A stretch of DNA of 63,752 bases, filler included, from Octopus bimaculoides (GCF_001194135.2; 8 parts of 7 records of this genome joined end to end with filler, not necessarily neighbours in it), one strand, 5' to 3'. Numbered from the whole stretch's first letter, positions 12,411 through 24,637 are shown. Notes: generated from the sequence alone by a model not told the origin. Numbers and translations: made by a program.

Positions 12411-12484
12411 GGGCATATGGCATAGTGGTTAAGAGCGTGGGCTACTAACCGCAAGATTCCAAGTTCAATTCCAAGCAGTGACCT
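12411..12484 (+). pseudogene. tRNA-derived segment (tRNA-Ser(GCT)-like) with Pol III A/B boxes
   Basis: A box TGGCATAGTGG (12418-28), loop CTACTAA, B box AAGTTCAATTCC (12461-72); acceptor stem poorly paired; followed by (AAT)n. Confidence 0.65.
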
Positions 12485-12551
12485 GAATAATAATAATAAT
12501 AATAACAACAGCGAAAAATAAGAATGAAAACCCAGGTTCGAAATTTTCCCA

Positions 12552-12590
12552 AGACACCTGATGAAGGGTATATCAGCTGAAACGTGTTAA
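12552..12590 (+). ncRNA. Hammerhead-like core (degenerate)
   Basis: gacac-CTGATGA-agggtatatcagct-GAAAC-gtgtt; acac/gtgt could form stem I; stem III and NUH appear missing. Confidence 0.5.
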
Positions 12591-12655
12591 CAACAAACAA
12601 GATAAGGACAAATATCTGTCAAATTTATATAATTCCTCATCTCTTAAATATAGAA

Positions 12656-14460
12656 CTGTACTGGAGCAGTTGTTGGTGGTATCACTGTTGTCCATAACCA
12701 GCAGTGGTCCACTTTACCACCTTGACACAAGTTTAGCTGACACTCCATTGACGCCAAGTAGTCTAGACCCAAGATACACTGATCCTCCATCTCCACCACA
12801 TAGATAAGAAGCACATACTCTTGTCCTGCAACTTCAGTCAGGATATTAACCAGCCCTCTCAGCTCAGTACAGTGTCTGATAACACCACACAACTGCTGTA
12901 ATGACACTGGCAGGTCTCCATGCTATAACATGGGTCTCACAAAAGTCTGCTCCAAGGCTGAATTAGTCACAAGGGAACACTTCTGGCTATTAATCCTTCC
13001 ATCCATTTGTACACACTCAATCACAGGCATTTTACGTCATCTCGGAGATTGGGCTTCTTTGGAATATTTGGCTGGCTGTTGCCCCTTAACACCAGCCACT
13101 CCTAGTTTTCAGACTTTTCTCTTTTATCTTCCATTACCCTTTCCTTCCTTCTTGCTTGGCAGTTGTAGTTCATATGTCCTTTGTCACCACATATCCAGCA
13201 CTCCTCCTTAAAAGTAGACTTTGCCCTATTGTTCTGCTTTCACTCTCTCCAGGTTATAACAATCTTGCTGTTTGTGTCCTGGTTTTCTATAGTGCCAGCA
13301 ACTTACACTGATTATCACTTCTTTCTTCTCACAAGACCCATAACTATCCTTAAGCCTTCCTGCTTCACAGATTTTCCCCCTTTTTGCATGGAATCCAGAA
13401 CTGTAGCCCACCTAGAAATTCCTAGTGCTAGACCTGACTTACAACTCAAATTCCAGAGCTCTAGCCAGTGCCTCTTGCATAGTAGTTGGCTGTGACTGCT
13501 TCACTTGCACTTTGAAATTCACACTGTCCAGAGTGTTGATGAACTGCTCTTTCAGGAGAAGAACCAAGAGGTCAAGGGTTGGTGTAGGGTAGGCTTTATG
13601 CACTGTGCTCTCCAGGTACTGGGCAAGCTGTTGTAGGGGCTCCCCTCTAGCTCTTACATGGGTATGAAAGCATGCCCTGTGCATTTCATGCTGGTACATA
13701 TTGCCATATTTTCTCTGCAGTACTTCTACTAAGGTTGAATAACAACTCCTGTCCTTTACTGACAATTGGCTCAGCACCTCTAGTGCAGGACCCTTCAAAC
13801 TAGTGGCAAGCTGAACTGCTCTTTGCCTCTCATCCCACTCATTCTAGTCAGCCAGCAATTCAAACTGGACTTGGTAGACCTCCCAAGACACTTTGCCATT
13901 GAATTCCTGTGGTTTCTTCCTAATGGGGATTCCAATGTCACCTTGCACTTCACGGGATCTGGGTTTAAACACTAGAACATCATGATGTGGATCAGTATCA
14001 ACAACTACTCCTCGCTCAGCAACCTTAGACTCGGTAGCACAAAGCTTTTCCACAGACTCCATTCTCTTGCCAAACTCATCTATTTGTTGCTTGCACCATA
14101 TAACATCACCACTTACTTCGCATAATTCCTCCTTAAACTGTTGATGATCCTCTTGCAACTGCTGTTGAACCTTCTCCATTCTTCCCATAAATGTTTCCAG
14201 CTGAACTTTAAGATGTGTGTGTTTTCTGCTCTTCTTTGAGCTCATGTAAATTGTCATTTTCCTCCTTTCACAATTGTAGCTAGAGATAACTCTTCCGCCC
14301 TTGTCTGATTCCTTGTATGTATTCCTTCCAGGCCCATAGCAAATAATCAGCTCACTGCAGCAATGAATATCCCGCTTCTCACATCGACTTTCATCATGTC
14401 ACTAGTCGCACATCATCTTCCAGCACGAAGTCGCCACATGGGCAATAGTAGTCTTTATAT
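12656..14460 (-). mobile_element. Gypsy LTR retrotransposon fragment (gag, zinc knuckle, protease, LTR remnant)
   Basis: KPQEFNGKVSWEVYQVQFE; YSTLVEVLQRKYG..EALARALEFE; CWHYRKPGHKQQDC; CILGLDYL. Confidence 0.85.
14369..14386 (-). other. Degenerate primer-binding site (tRNA-Leu type)
   Basis: ATCCCGCTTCTCACATCG vs the tRNA-Leu 3' end ATCCCACTTCTGACACCA as recalled (14/18), about 110 nt upstream of gag. Confidence 0.4.
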
Positions 14461-15142
14461 TTCACTCACACCATAAAAGTGCACCAAAATCATACCGCCT
14501 GTGATTTAAACAGTCACATGACCACAAAGAATTATTTTTTGCCTTTGCTTGCAAAACCAAAGATCGGTGTTCTAATTCACATCGTACAAATGAGAAATTA
14601 TCTGAATATAATTTTTTTCATTTGTAACTATATATATATATATATACATGCACACATACATTCTGACTTAAATTTATGCAGAAGATCTTGGCATTTTTGC
14701 GTTCTCGTAATGAAATAATTATTTTATATACTTAGATACATTTCAAACAAATGCAGGGGGAGATGGACACAGAGAGAGTTAGAGAATGAGATAACTACAG
14801 ATGCACTGACATGAAAACATTGCTGTTTTGATACTCTTTCTTCTTCTTCATTATCTTCACTTTCACCCTGTTTCTTTTACCTGTATCTCCCCCTATCTCT
14901 CTTTGTTGCTTCCTCCCCATCTCTCTCCCTCTGTTCTTTTCCATATTTAAGTTATTTCCCTTAATATATGCAAAAGGTAGTTATGTTTATACACAAACAC
15001 ACACACACACCCAGTATTTTTAATGTTTTGTACAACTGCTCTCATAATAAAGTCCAGTATTATGAAAAATTTTGTGGATTTAATTATTTTGTTCTCCATG
15101 TATGCTACACCTTTTTATGTGATTTTTGTTCTTTCATTCCAG

Positions 15143-15716
15143 TTGTCTACTTCCAAAAGCACTGACCATGATAATTCTCAGAAAGCTGGTCTTGAGAATC
15201 CTGATGTAAATGTTTGTTTGCGCAGTGACTTATCATGTAAAAATTTAAATTCAAAACCTTTTGCAACACCACAGCAGAAAATTGTTATGGACACACAGAT
15301 TACTTGTGAAAATGCTAGTTGTAAAGAAAATAAATCCCCTTTGCAGTCTCCAAATAGCAGAGCCTTACCAGGACTTAACAACATAAAATCTCTACCAAAA
15401 CCAACAGAGACCAACACAATTAATGAAGCTTCAAAGAAATCTCTGGAGAAGGATGCTGTTGGATTAAAAGAAACTATTGCTTCAGCTGAAATTTCATTGC
15501 ACGAGGAAGTTACACCTATTTATACAAAGAATACAGTTGTTACTGAAATCAGAAATAAAAATAGTTGCATAAAAGATTGCCTAAATGAGAAAACTTTGGG
15601 CCAGAATCTTTATAAAGCTGATAACAAAGCTGGAAATTTGCATCAAGATTCACTAGGATCCAAAACAGCTACTTCAGAAGAACCAAATATGAAACCAAAG
15701 CCAGCTCCTCGAACAA
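15143..15716 (+). CDS. Large internal exon of host gene 1
   Basis: ttcattccag acceptor in phase 0; 191 open codons ending KPKPAPRT; ACAA|gtcagt donor, phase 1. Confidence 0.85.
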
Positions 15717-16110
15717 GTCAGTTTAAATATTCTAATATCTCTTTCTGTAAATGATAGAAACTTTACTGATTCCATTTTGAAATATAACTAGAATGTAAAC
15801 AGAATATACAACATTTTCTTCTTACTTCTTTGATACTTACAGTTTAATATTTCATTCATTGATCTGGAATTTTTTAGTGCAAATATGCAAGTTGATTGAA
15901 CTCTACTCAAGTGATTAAAATGTTGTCAGTGTTGTATTTCATCACCAATGCAGTGTCATGTCCGAGTCCAAAATTCTGGACTCTTATAGCTAGAAGTTGG
16001 CACCATGTTCCAGTTCACTGTTTTGTATCATTTGTGGTACTGAGTTCAAATACTTGCAATAAACTTTATCCAGTAACATGCATACACATACACTCTATCT
16101 CTTTCATGTA

Positions 16111-17318
16111 TCAGGTCAGCCCATAAGTTCTGTCCGATTTTACCTTTTTTTAAATTGAATGAAATTTAATAGTATTTTAGAATGTCTAATGGAATTTTAA
16201 AAATTATGTTTATGCATTTGTGTACATTTAAACTAATTAAATATTATTTTACAGAATAATAGAATTAAAATTTCTTTGATTAAAACCTTTTCTAACATGG
16301 AAGTATCCAAAGAGCATTTGAGGCACATATTGCTTTATGAGTACAAAAAAAGAAACTCTGTAGCCGAAGTGACTTGAAACATACATTCAGTTTATGGGAA
16401 AGAATGCTTGAATGAAAGAACTTGCAGAAGATGGTTTGCAAAATTCAGAAGTGGAGATTTCAGCCTTGAAGATGAAAATTGAACAGGACGTCCAGTTGAG
16501 TTTGATGATAAGCTCCTTGAGGCATTACTTGAAGAAAATCATGCATTATCAGTTGAAGAATTGGCAATAAAGCTTAGTTCAAACTATACAACTTGGAAAA
16601 TGGATGCCTCATGAATTTTCCGAAAGCAGATGCAAATGCAGAGTTGACATCTGCTCTTCTCTCCAGTCTTGTGACTGGTGACGAAAAATGGATCTTCTAT
16701 TGAAATGTTAAACAGTGGCTTGGTAAAAGTGAAAAAACTCAACCATAACAAAGAAGGGAACGTCATGGGAAAAAGGTTCTTCTCTCTATCTAGTGGGATT
16801 GCAAAGGAGTAATTCACTTTGAATTGTTACCACCTAATGCAACGATCAATGCTCAAGTCTACTGTCAGCAATTAGAGCGTTTGAACCAAGCTTTAAAGAA
16901 AAAAAGACCTGCTTTAGTGAATCGAAAAGGAGTAATGTTTCATCAGGACAATGCACGAATCCACACTGCAAAGATCACATCACAGAAGATCGAAGAGCTT
17001 GGTTGGGAAAAAATTCCTCATCCACCTTATTCTCCCAACCGTGCTCCTTCAGACTACCATTTGTTTTGTAGTTTACAGAATCATTTGGGGGACATAACTT
17101 TTGCAAGCCAGGTGGCGGTCGAAACTGACATTTCAGAGTTCTTCGCTTTGAAACCAAAAGAGTTTTACATTGATGGGATTAAAAAGCTTGTAAATAGATG
17201 GAAGGAAGTCATAGATAATCAGGGAAAGTACACTGATGATTAAATTTCAATTAAATATCACATTTGATCACTTGTTTTCTTTATTCAAAATTCAGACAGA
17301 ACTTATGGGATGACCTGA
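16111..17318 (+). mobile_element. Full-length mariner (D,D34D-type) with inactivated transposase
   Basis: ~30-bp TIRs tcaggtcagcccataagttctgtc, TA TSD on both sides; MEVSKEHLRH..RRWFAKF, WMPHE, VTGDEKW, HQDNAR, HPPYSPNRAPSDYHLF; stops and frameshifts. Confidence 0.95.
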
Positions 17319-17505
17319 TATACGAAGCTCACACTTTTGGGAGATTGGGGGAATGTCTCTAAGTAAAAAAATCCAAGAATTCAAACAGAACTGTCTCTTT
17401 TAACATTCTTTTCCTTTCATTTTTTTTAATGTAAAATTATAATATTTCTGTTGCCAATTTTTTAAAAGAGTTACAAATTTTTACTCTGATTAATTTATTT
17501 CACAG

Positions 17506-17862
17506 GTTTTACTTCAACAAAGCCAGCTATTAAATCTAAACCACCTCCGCCTGTAGCACCAAAGCCATCAGTTCCTTCACGACCAAGTTTAAAAAGAACT
17601 ACAGTTCACAGGAATTCTGTAGAGTCCCTAAAAGAAGTGTCAACCAAAGAGAACAGCTATAACAATGATAATGTTGTGGTTTACGACTCTGCTACATTAA
17701 GACTTTCAGTCCAAGAAAAAGTCTCCAAAATTAGTAATATCAGCCAATTAATGGAAAAATCTGTGATTGAAGATAATACAGATTGCAATGATTGTGATGC
17801 TTTCAGCAATAAAAAAAGATCTTCTTTCCCATGTGATACTCAAATCTCTAAGGAGCTTAAAG
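17506..17862 (+). CDS. Exon of host gene 1 (Pro-rich); 3' end is either the donor at 17863 or the stop at 17909
   Basis: ttatttcacag acceptor, phase 1; SFTSTKPAIKSKPPPPVAPKPSVPSRPSLKR...; AAAG|gtatct possible donor. Confidence 0.8.
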
Positions 17863-17949
17863 GTATCTATCTTTTAAATATCAAATCTTTAGGAAACATA
17901 TTTTCTTAAATACTTTTATATATAAAAGGCTAAAATACTTTGTATACAT

Positions 17950-18290
17950 TTGTGGCGCATAAAAAACACCTTTTGAGCATTGGACCTCACAGAGGCAATG
18001 ACAAATGACCAAGACCTTTGGCAATATGCTGTGCTTGAATAGAAGACCCATCAAGCCAAGTGGAATTATAGTTGTGACAGATACTGATGTCATGTAACTG
18101 GTACCCATGCCAGTGGTACATAAAAGCACCCATTACACTCTCAGAGTAGTTGGCATTAGGAAAGTCATCCAGCCATAGAATCCATGCCGTTTCAGACTGG
18201 AGTCTAGTGAAGCCCCTCAGCTTACCAGCCCTGGTCAAACCATCCAACCCATGCCTGCATGTACAAAGGATATTAAACGATGATGATTTC
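17950..18290 (+). mobile_element. RTE LINE 3' end / RTE-tail element, decayed
   Basis: ORF-end remnant (DLTEAMT..DLWQYAVL), ggcattaggaaagtcatccagc core, (GAT)n tail. Confidence 0.7.
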
Positions 18291-18579
18291 TACAATTTAA
18301 ATAATTTGAAACAGAAATTAAAACTTTTTTTTCCTAGATCTTCAGACAGCAAGTTATATTGTCATCATTATTACCACTGGTACCACCATTTTTATGTTTG
18401 TTTTCTATGCTAGCATGGGTTGGACAAGTTATGACCCAGATTAGTTCTTATTTGAAGTTATTCCCTTTCTAGATTGAAAGAGTCCCCTCTTTCTCAAAAC
18501 ATTCCATTTTTGACATGGTTTGTGTAACTGGATGTCTTTCTAAACATCAAATACTTTACAGATTTATCTTTTTTCTTTT

Positions 18580-18760
18580 ATTTGTTTCAGTCATTAAACC
18601 ATGACCATGCTGGGGCCTGCCTTGAAGGGTTTAGTCAAATGAAATCAACCCCAGTAGTTATTTTTATAAGCCTGGTACAATTGGTTACTTTTGCTGAACC
18701 AGTAAGTTATTGGGGCTTAAGCAAACCATCACCAGCTTTCAAGTGGTAATGGGGGACAAG
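18580..18760 (-). mobile_element. SINE family A 3' half, decayed
   Basis: Reverse-complement similarity to 80-300. Confidence 0.55.
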
Positions 18761-18869
18761 CATATGTAAGTGCGTGTGTGTATGCATATATGTGTGTGCA
18801 TGTATTTATATATGTATATGTAGAAGCATATTTGTATATATACAAGCAAAAAAAACTTTTACTTATTTC

Positions 18870-20960
18870 AGCCATGTGAGAGCACCACCGTGGTCTTTTT
18901 TATTTCCTCAGTCTGGGGTGTTTTACATCACCACTCCTAGATGTGCTTTGTCCCAGCTGTTGGCCCATTTGTGTATAAGGGAGTTTGATTCCACTGCCCT
19001 CATTTGCACCTCATGTCGGGCTGTTGGTTCATCTGGTATTGGGGAGAGGAGGATGTCTAGTTCCTTTTTGAAGACATCTACTTCCACCTTATGCAGATTT
19101 CTTAATTTTTGTGGCAGGGTATTGAAAAGCTGTGGGCCTTTGAACCCAATAGTCTACTATTGCAGTACCTGGTCCTGAATTTAGATGGAGTGGATGGTAC
19201 CTTTGGTACAATACAATACCAGTCAATTCTGGCATTTGTTTAACACTCAATGCCAAAGTTAGGTACTAGCCCCTCTGGAATTTTCCATAGAATTATTGCA
19301 TATCTCTCACGCCTTCGCTCCAGGGCGTAAAGTTGTAGTTTTCTCAGCCTGTCCCTGTAGCTCATCCACTGCACTGTTTCAATCTTTTTAGTGTAGTGGC
19401 GTTGGACTGCTTCAAGCTTCACTGTTAGTTTGGCATTATGTGGTAACCATAACTGGGAGCAGTATTCCAGGTGGCTGAGAACAAAGGTTCTCCACAGGGT
19501 CAACATAGTTTCTTGGTCTTTTCTCTTAAAAGACCTCAGTATCCATCTTACCAGTTGTCTGCACTTTGCTACTGTCTTGGTAATGTGCATATAAAATGAT
19601 GTCATTGCACATACTGATCCCCAAGTCTTTCAATGCTTGTGACTCTGAGATTATAGTGCCTTCGGGTTCTGTATATGCAGGCTGTGGTGCATTCATGAGT
19701 TAATAGTACAGTGCTTGAAACTTTCCAGCATTAAACTGCATGTTGTTTATTTCAGCCCACTTGTATATCGAATTCAGCTTGTAAGCTTGTGACATCATCT
19801 TGATTTTTTATTGCTTGTGATAATTTTGTATCATTGGGATAGCTAGTGACAGTGGGCATGTCTAAGAGGGCTATTATGAACAGCAATGGCCCCATGGGGG
19901 ACGCCATTTAGGATTTGAGTTTCCTCAGAAAGGGCACCATTGGCTGCGACTACCTGCCTGACTTCTATCTTCAAGGAATTCATGCAGCCAGTCTCCCAGT
20001 TTACCAGCAATGCCAAGGTCTCATAGCTTATGATATATCATGCTGTGATCTACCTTTTCAAAGTCAAGGTATATTATGCTGACATCTGAATGGTCAAGCA
20101 GCTGTTTCAAAACCCAGTCATAGTGCTGTAGGAGTTGTGTGAGGCAGCTTCTGCCAGGACAAAAGTCATGCTGTGTGTTGTTCAGCGGGTATTTTCTTTT
20201 ATAAACATTATCAACTTCTTTCTGATGATTTGCTCCATGACTTCACTGATATGTGAAGTCAGAGAGATTGGCCTGTAATTTTTAGCCTCTGCTCTGCTTC
20301 CACCTTTGTGGATAAGGCATGTAATGCCTTCTTTCTACTTACATGACCTGCTTACATGACTTCAGGAGAATAGCTGGGAAGCCATCAGGATCAGTTGCTG
20401 AGCATTAGCTCATTTCATCTATGGCCACTGTTATATCTGTCTCCTCAATGTTGATGTAATCAATGGTTGGCACCTCCTTTTTTTAGAGCTGCAATATTAA
20501 AGAATTCAATCGAGTTTTTTTATCTGCATGTGTCCAAAGGGGGAAGTGAAGACACTTTTAAATTGTTCACTGAGTATCTCACTTATCTTTCTTGGGTCCA
20601 CGGTCAGTGAGTCATTCCCTTGATCTTATTTTATATTGTATTGTGGCTGTTTCTTTTGCAAATTTATAGAAAGATTTGGAATTTGTTTTTATGATTTCCA
20701 CAGCTCTGTTCTCTCTCACTCTGCTCTTTTCCTTTTTTGAGTGAGTTTGATCTTGTTTTCGATTTCTAGGAGTGTCCGTATTAAGATAGACTTTTCCCCA
20801 TCCTTCAGTTGCCCATTCAGCTGCTTTGAGACCTTTGACCTGCATCTCATAAGGATTTTTTTGTCCCTGGGAATCTTGTTTGTCAGTATGCTGGCCTTTC
20901 TTTCTGGGATATATTTAGTGCACATAGCTTGCACTGTTGACATAAACTGGCAGAGTTTCT
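18870..20960 (-). mobile_element. CR1/L2-group LINE, 5'-truncated RT
   Basis: YLDFEKVDH, SIYKWAEINNMQFNAGKFQ, VLSHLEYCSQLW..LEAVQRHYTKKI..LQLYALERRRERY. Confidence 0.9.
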
Positions 20961-20980
20961 AATATATATGTACATATATA

Positions 20981-22757
20981 CAGTGATACCTCGCAGTACG
21001 AGTTTAATTTGTTCCATGACAGAGCTCGTTTGATGGTTTGCTCGTTTTACAAATCAGTTTTCACCATTGAAAGTAATTAGAATATAATTAATCTGTTCCA
21101 GCCCCCCCCCCCNNNNNNNNNNNNNNNNNNNNNNNNNNNNNNNNNNNNNNNNNNNNNNNNNNNNNNNNNNNNNNNNNNNNNNNNNNNNNNNNNNNNNNNN
21201 NNNNNNNNNNNNNNNNNNNNNNNNNNNNNNNNNNNNNNNNNNNNNNCCCCAAAATCATTTTTTATGGATATTAAAATGAAAAAGGTGCAGCTGCAAGGAG
21301 AATAACAATTATAAAAACATAATAAAAGAGAATGCTAAAGAAATATGTAAACTGGTTTTATTAATTGAATTACCTTAAAGATGGGATGATTTGTGCACGA
21401 GGAAGGCTATGGAATAGGGATAACGAAGAGGATTACTATTTGGAAGGAGAATTTCCTTCCAATAAGACTTTGGGAAGAACAATTTCTGGCGTTTTTTCTC
21501 TCACTTCACTTAATTTAGGCTTTTTGGACACACTTTCTTCACTTTTTACACTTTCAGATTGCTTCATTTGAAACATATGAAGAGAAGTCTGCTTTTTGTT
21601 GTCTTTCAGAATGTTACGAAAATGCACCAGAGCAGTGTCATTAAGTAAAGCAGCTATGTGACCCATAGATACTTTTTCAAGATGATTTTTTTTCTACAAA
21701 TTCAGAAACATACTGCCACTTTGCCAATACTGCTTTTATGTCACTTGTAGAGATAGCATTCTCTGCAACACTGTCCTCCTCCAGGGAACCAATTTCTTCC
21801 ACCGCATCTGAATGATGCTGCTTCTGAAGCTACAGGAGTTCATCTGTCATCAGCTCCTCTCAGTGTTCCTTGATAAGATCATTAACGTCCCCATTATCAA
21901 CCTCAAGGCCCATGGACTTGCCAAGAGACACTATCTCTTCGACTACAGGTGTCTCAGACTCCAACCCCTCAAAGTCTCTTTCGGATATGCAATCAGGCCA
22001 GTTTCCTCTCTGTAGAATTCAGTGTTCTCCTCGTTACAGCCCATCAGGCCATATCAATGATTTTCAAGCAGTTAACAATGTTGTAGTGCCCCTCCCAAAA
22101 CTCATGAAGGGTTAAATTTTTATTTTTGGTGACTTCAAAGCACCAACAAAGCAGTTGTTTGATGTACAATTGCTGGTCCATGGGCTGCAGGATAAGGATG
22201 GTGTTGCATGAAAGGTACAGAACTTTTATAAATTAAATTTCATCCAGGATATCATCTNNNNNNNNNNAGGGTGAGCAGGAGCATTGTCGAGGATGAGGAG
22301 GGCCTTGAAAAGAAGATCATTCTCCAGAAAGTACTTTTTCACTGCTGGTCCAAAGATGTCAATCCACTTGGTGGAGAATTTCCTGGTGACCTAGGCTTTA
22401 ACATTTGCCCTCCACATGACTTGCAGCTTCTCCTTCAGGATTTTGTGTGATTTGAATGCTTGTGGATTTTGGGAATGGTAAATGAGGAGCAGCTTAATCT
22501 TCAAGTCTCCACTAGCATTGGCATAAAAGACGAGAATTAGCCTATATTTCATAGGCTTATGGCCTAGCACTTTCTTCTCCTCTGCAGTTACGTAGCTTCT
22601 TTGGGTCATTTTTTTTTTTTTCCAAAACAGGCCACTTTCATCACATTTGAATACCTGTTGTGTGATGTACTCTTGGCTGCAATGAGCTGACAGAATTCAC
22701 ACATGAAATCGTTAGCTGCTTTTGTGTCAGAACTTATTGCTTCTCCATACCTAACAT
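20981..22757 (-). mobile_element. Tigger/pogo DNA transposon, 5'-truncated
   Basis: TIR cagtgatacctcg after TA at 20981; FKCDESGLF..YVTAEEKKVLGHKPMK..ANASGDLKIK; LLILDNAPAHP; HFRNILK..KQTSL. Confidence 0.85.
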
Positions 22758-24017
22758 GGCCTAGAAAAGAAGTCTAGAAGCCCAATATATTAAAAGCATC
22801 TAATCTACCTTCTTGGGGCTACAAGGTCTGTAGATAAAAGAGTGACCTAGTAATGATCTATGGAATACTAAAATTTATTTATAGGTAGTTTCAATTTAAG
22901 GGGGTGGGATCCAAGATGTTTTAAAATTTATGAAAAGAAGTTATCAAAAAAATAATACAAGGAAACTTACTAACATGTTTATCAAAGAGCAGTACCTATG
23001 CTAACGAAGTGAACTGAAGTTACAATGTATCCAAAACATTACTGTAGGGTGCTTAAGAAAGTGTACTCACAGAAATATTACCGAGAATCCCACCTATGGT
23101 GCACAAAGGGTCAAGTCTAAGTCCAGCAGTCTCTACAATTGGTTAGTTATAATTTGAACCAAGATCATTCATAAGTTAAAACCGTTACAATGGATATGTC
23201 AATAAAAATAAGTAAGAAAAAATAAAGGGTTCAAGGGAGAAGACAATGATATAAGTGGTGCGGGGCCACTTATGTCCTTCAGCAGCTTAACATTATAACA
23301 TGCATGAGAGAACGGTCAAAGAGTAAGTAGCTTCGAGTTATAATTAAGAGGAGGCAACTAGTACAGGTAACTCAGCAACTCTTTAGGGCTGCTAGGAAAT
23401 GAATTTGGACTTAACTTCATATATAACAAATTGTGGTAATAATCAGATATATGCAGGTATGCATGAAAAATCCATCTTATAGGTACACTACAATGCACAA
23501 TTATAAACCACTTACAATTAGGTGGTTAATATTAAAACCAAATCACATGTTAATTATTATCAATTAATAAAACTCACAAGTTTCCACAGTATACTAGATA
23601 TGCTTAATAAGCATTACATAATCATTAAAGTTAGATAGTTCCTATCATTATATAAACAATTGAAAAGAATATATTGGTACTATATGGGTACAGTTAATAC
23701 TGGATCCACTGGCAAATTAGTACTATGAGTAAAGTTTCCTTAATTCAAACAATTTACTAAACAGGCTTAAAAAGCAATTGCAATTACCCTAAGATCAGAA
23801 TGTTAGTACTAATTAAATGTAATAATTAAAAATTATAAACTAAAGGTATATTTCTCAAAGTGGGTGCAGAAAATAGTATTACAATCAACAGATTGTAATA
23901 GTATTTCTGCGAGAAAGTATGAGCATTGCATGTGGATCTCCTGAAACAGAACCCTGGAACATTGATGGAGAAGACATCAGCAGACACATTTAAGGCTCAA
24001 GAAGAGCAGTGGTGTTC

Positions 24018-24252
24018 ATCATCATCATCATCATCATCGTTTAACGTCCGCTTTCCATGCTAGCATGGGTTGGACGATTTGACTGAGGACTGGTGAAACC
24101 GGATGGCAACACCAGGCTCCAGTCTGATTTGGCAGAGTTTCTACAGCTGGATGCCCTTCCTAACGCCAACCACTCAGAGAGTGTAGTGGGTGCTTTTACG
24201 TGTCACCCGCACGAAAACGGCCACGCTCGAAATGGTGTCTTTTATGTGCCAC
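24018..24252 (-). mobile_element. RTE-tail element with (GAT)n tail
   Basis: Reverse of ggcgttaggaagggcatccagctgtagaaa...gcatggaaagcggacgttaaacgatgatg. Confidence 0.75.
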
Positions 24253-24595
24253 NNNNNNNNNNNNNNNNNNNNNNNNNNNNNNNNNNNNNNNNNNNNTTAA
24301 TTAATTAANNNNNNNNNNNNNNNNNNNNNNNNNNNNNNNNNNNNNNNNNNNNTATATATATATATATATATTTATGTTGTATGTTTTTGTGTTTATATAC
24401 ATATGTATGTATGTTTATATATATATATATGTATGTACATGTGTGTATGTATGTATGTATGTATGTATGTATATATGTATGTGTGTGTGGATAAAATTTA
24501 CTATATGTTCAACATCACACACCTGCTGTACATCCTCCATACACCCATTATATACTCATGACATGCTATTTGCAACCCAACTATATACACCCAAC

Positions 24596-24637
<42 letters not shown>

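Larger units (their letters stand above)
11700..12655 (+). mobile_element. Penelope-like element 3' part (GIY-YIG) with tRNA-like segment and hammerhead-like tail
   Basis: VCLSYVKGLSEKI..NCVYSIPCSCGRLYKSET..KIRVHEHCKA..KSGIANHVW..DH; stop near 12381. Confidence 0.8.

Noticed and set aside
12411-12484. Functional tRNA gene
   Set aside because: Anticodon reads ACT, the acceptor stem is poor, and it is embedded in a mobile element.
24297-24308. TTAATTAATTAA islands centred in N runs (also 37447, 42037, 45763, 58720, 60416, 62655)
   Set aside because: Identical 12-mer with stops in all six frames inside fixed-size gaps: an assembly spacer, not biology.
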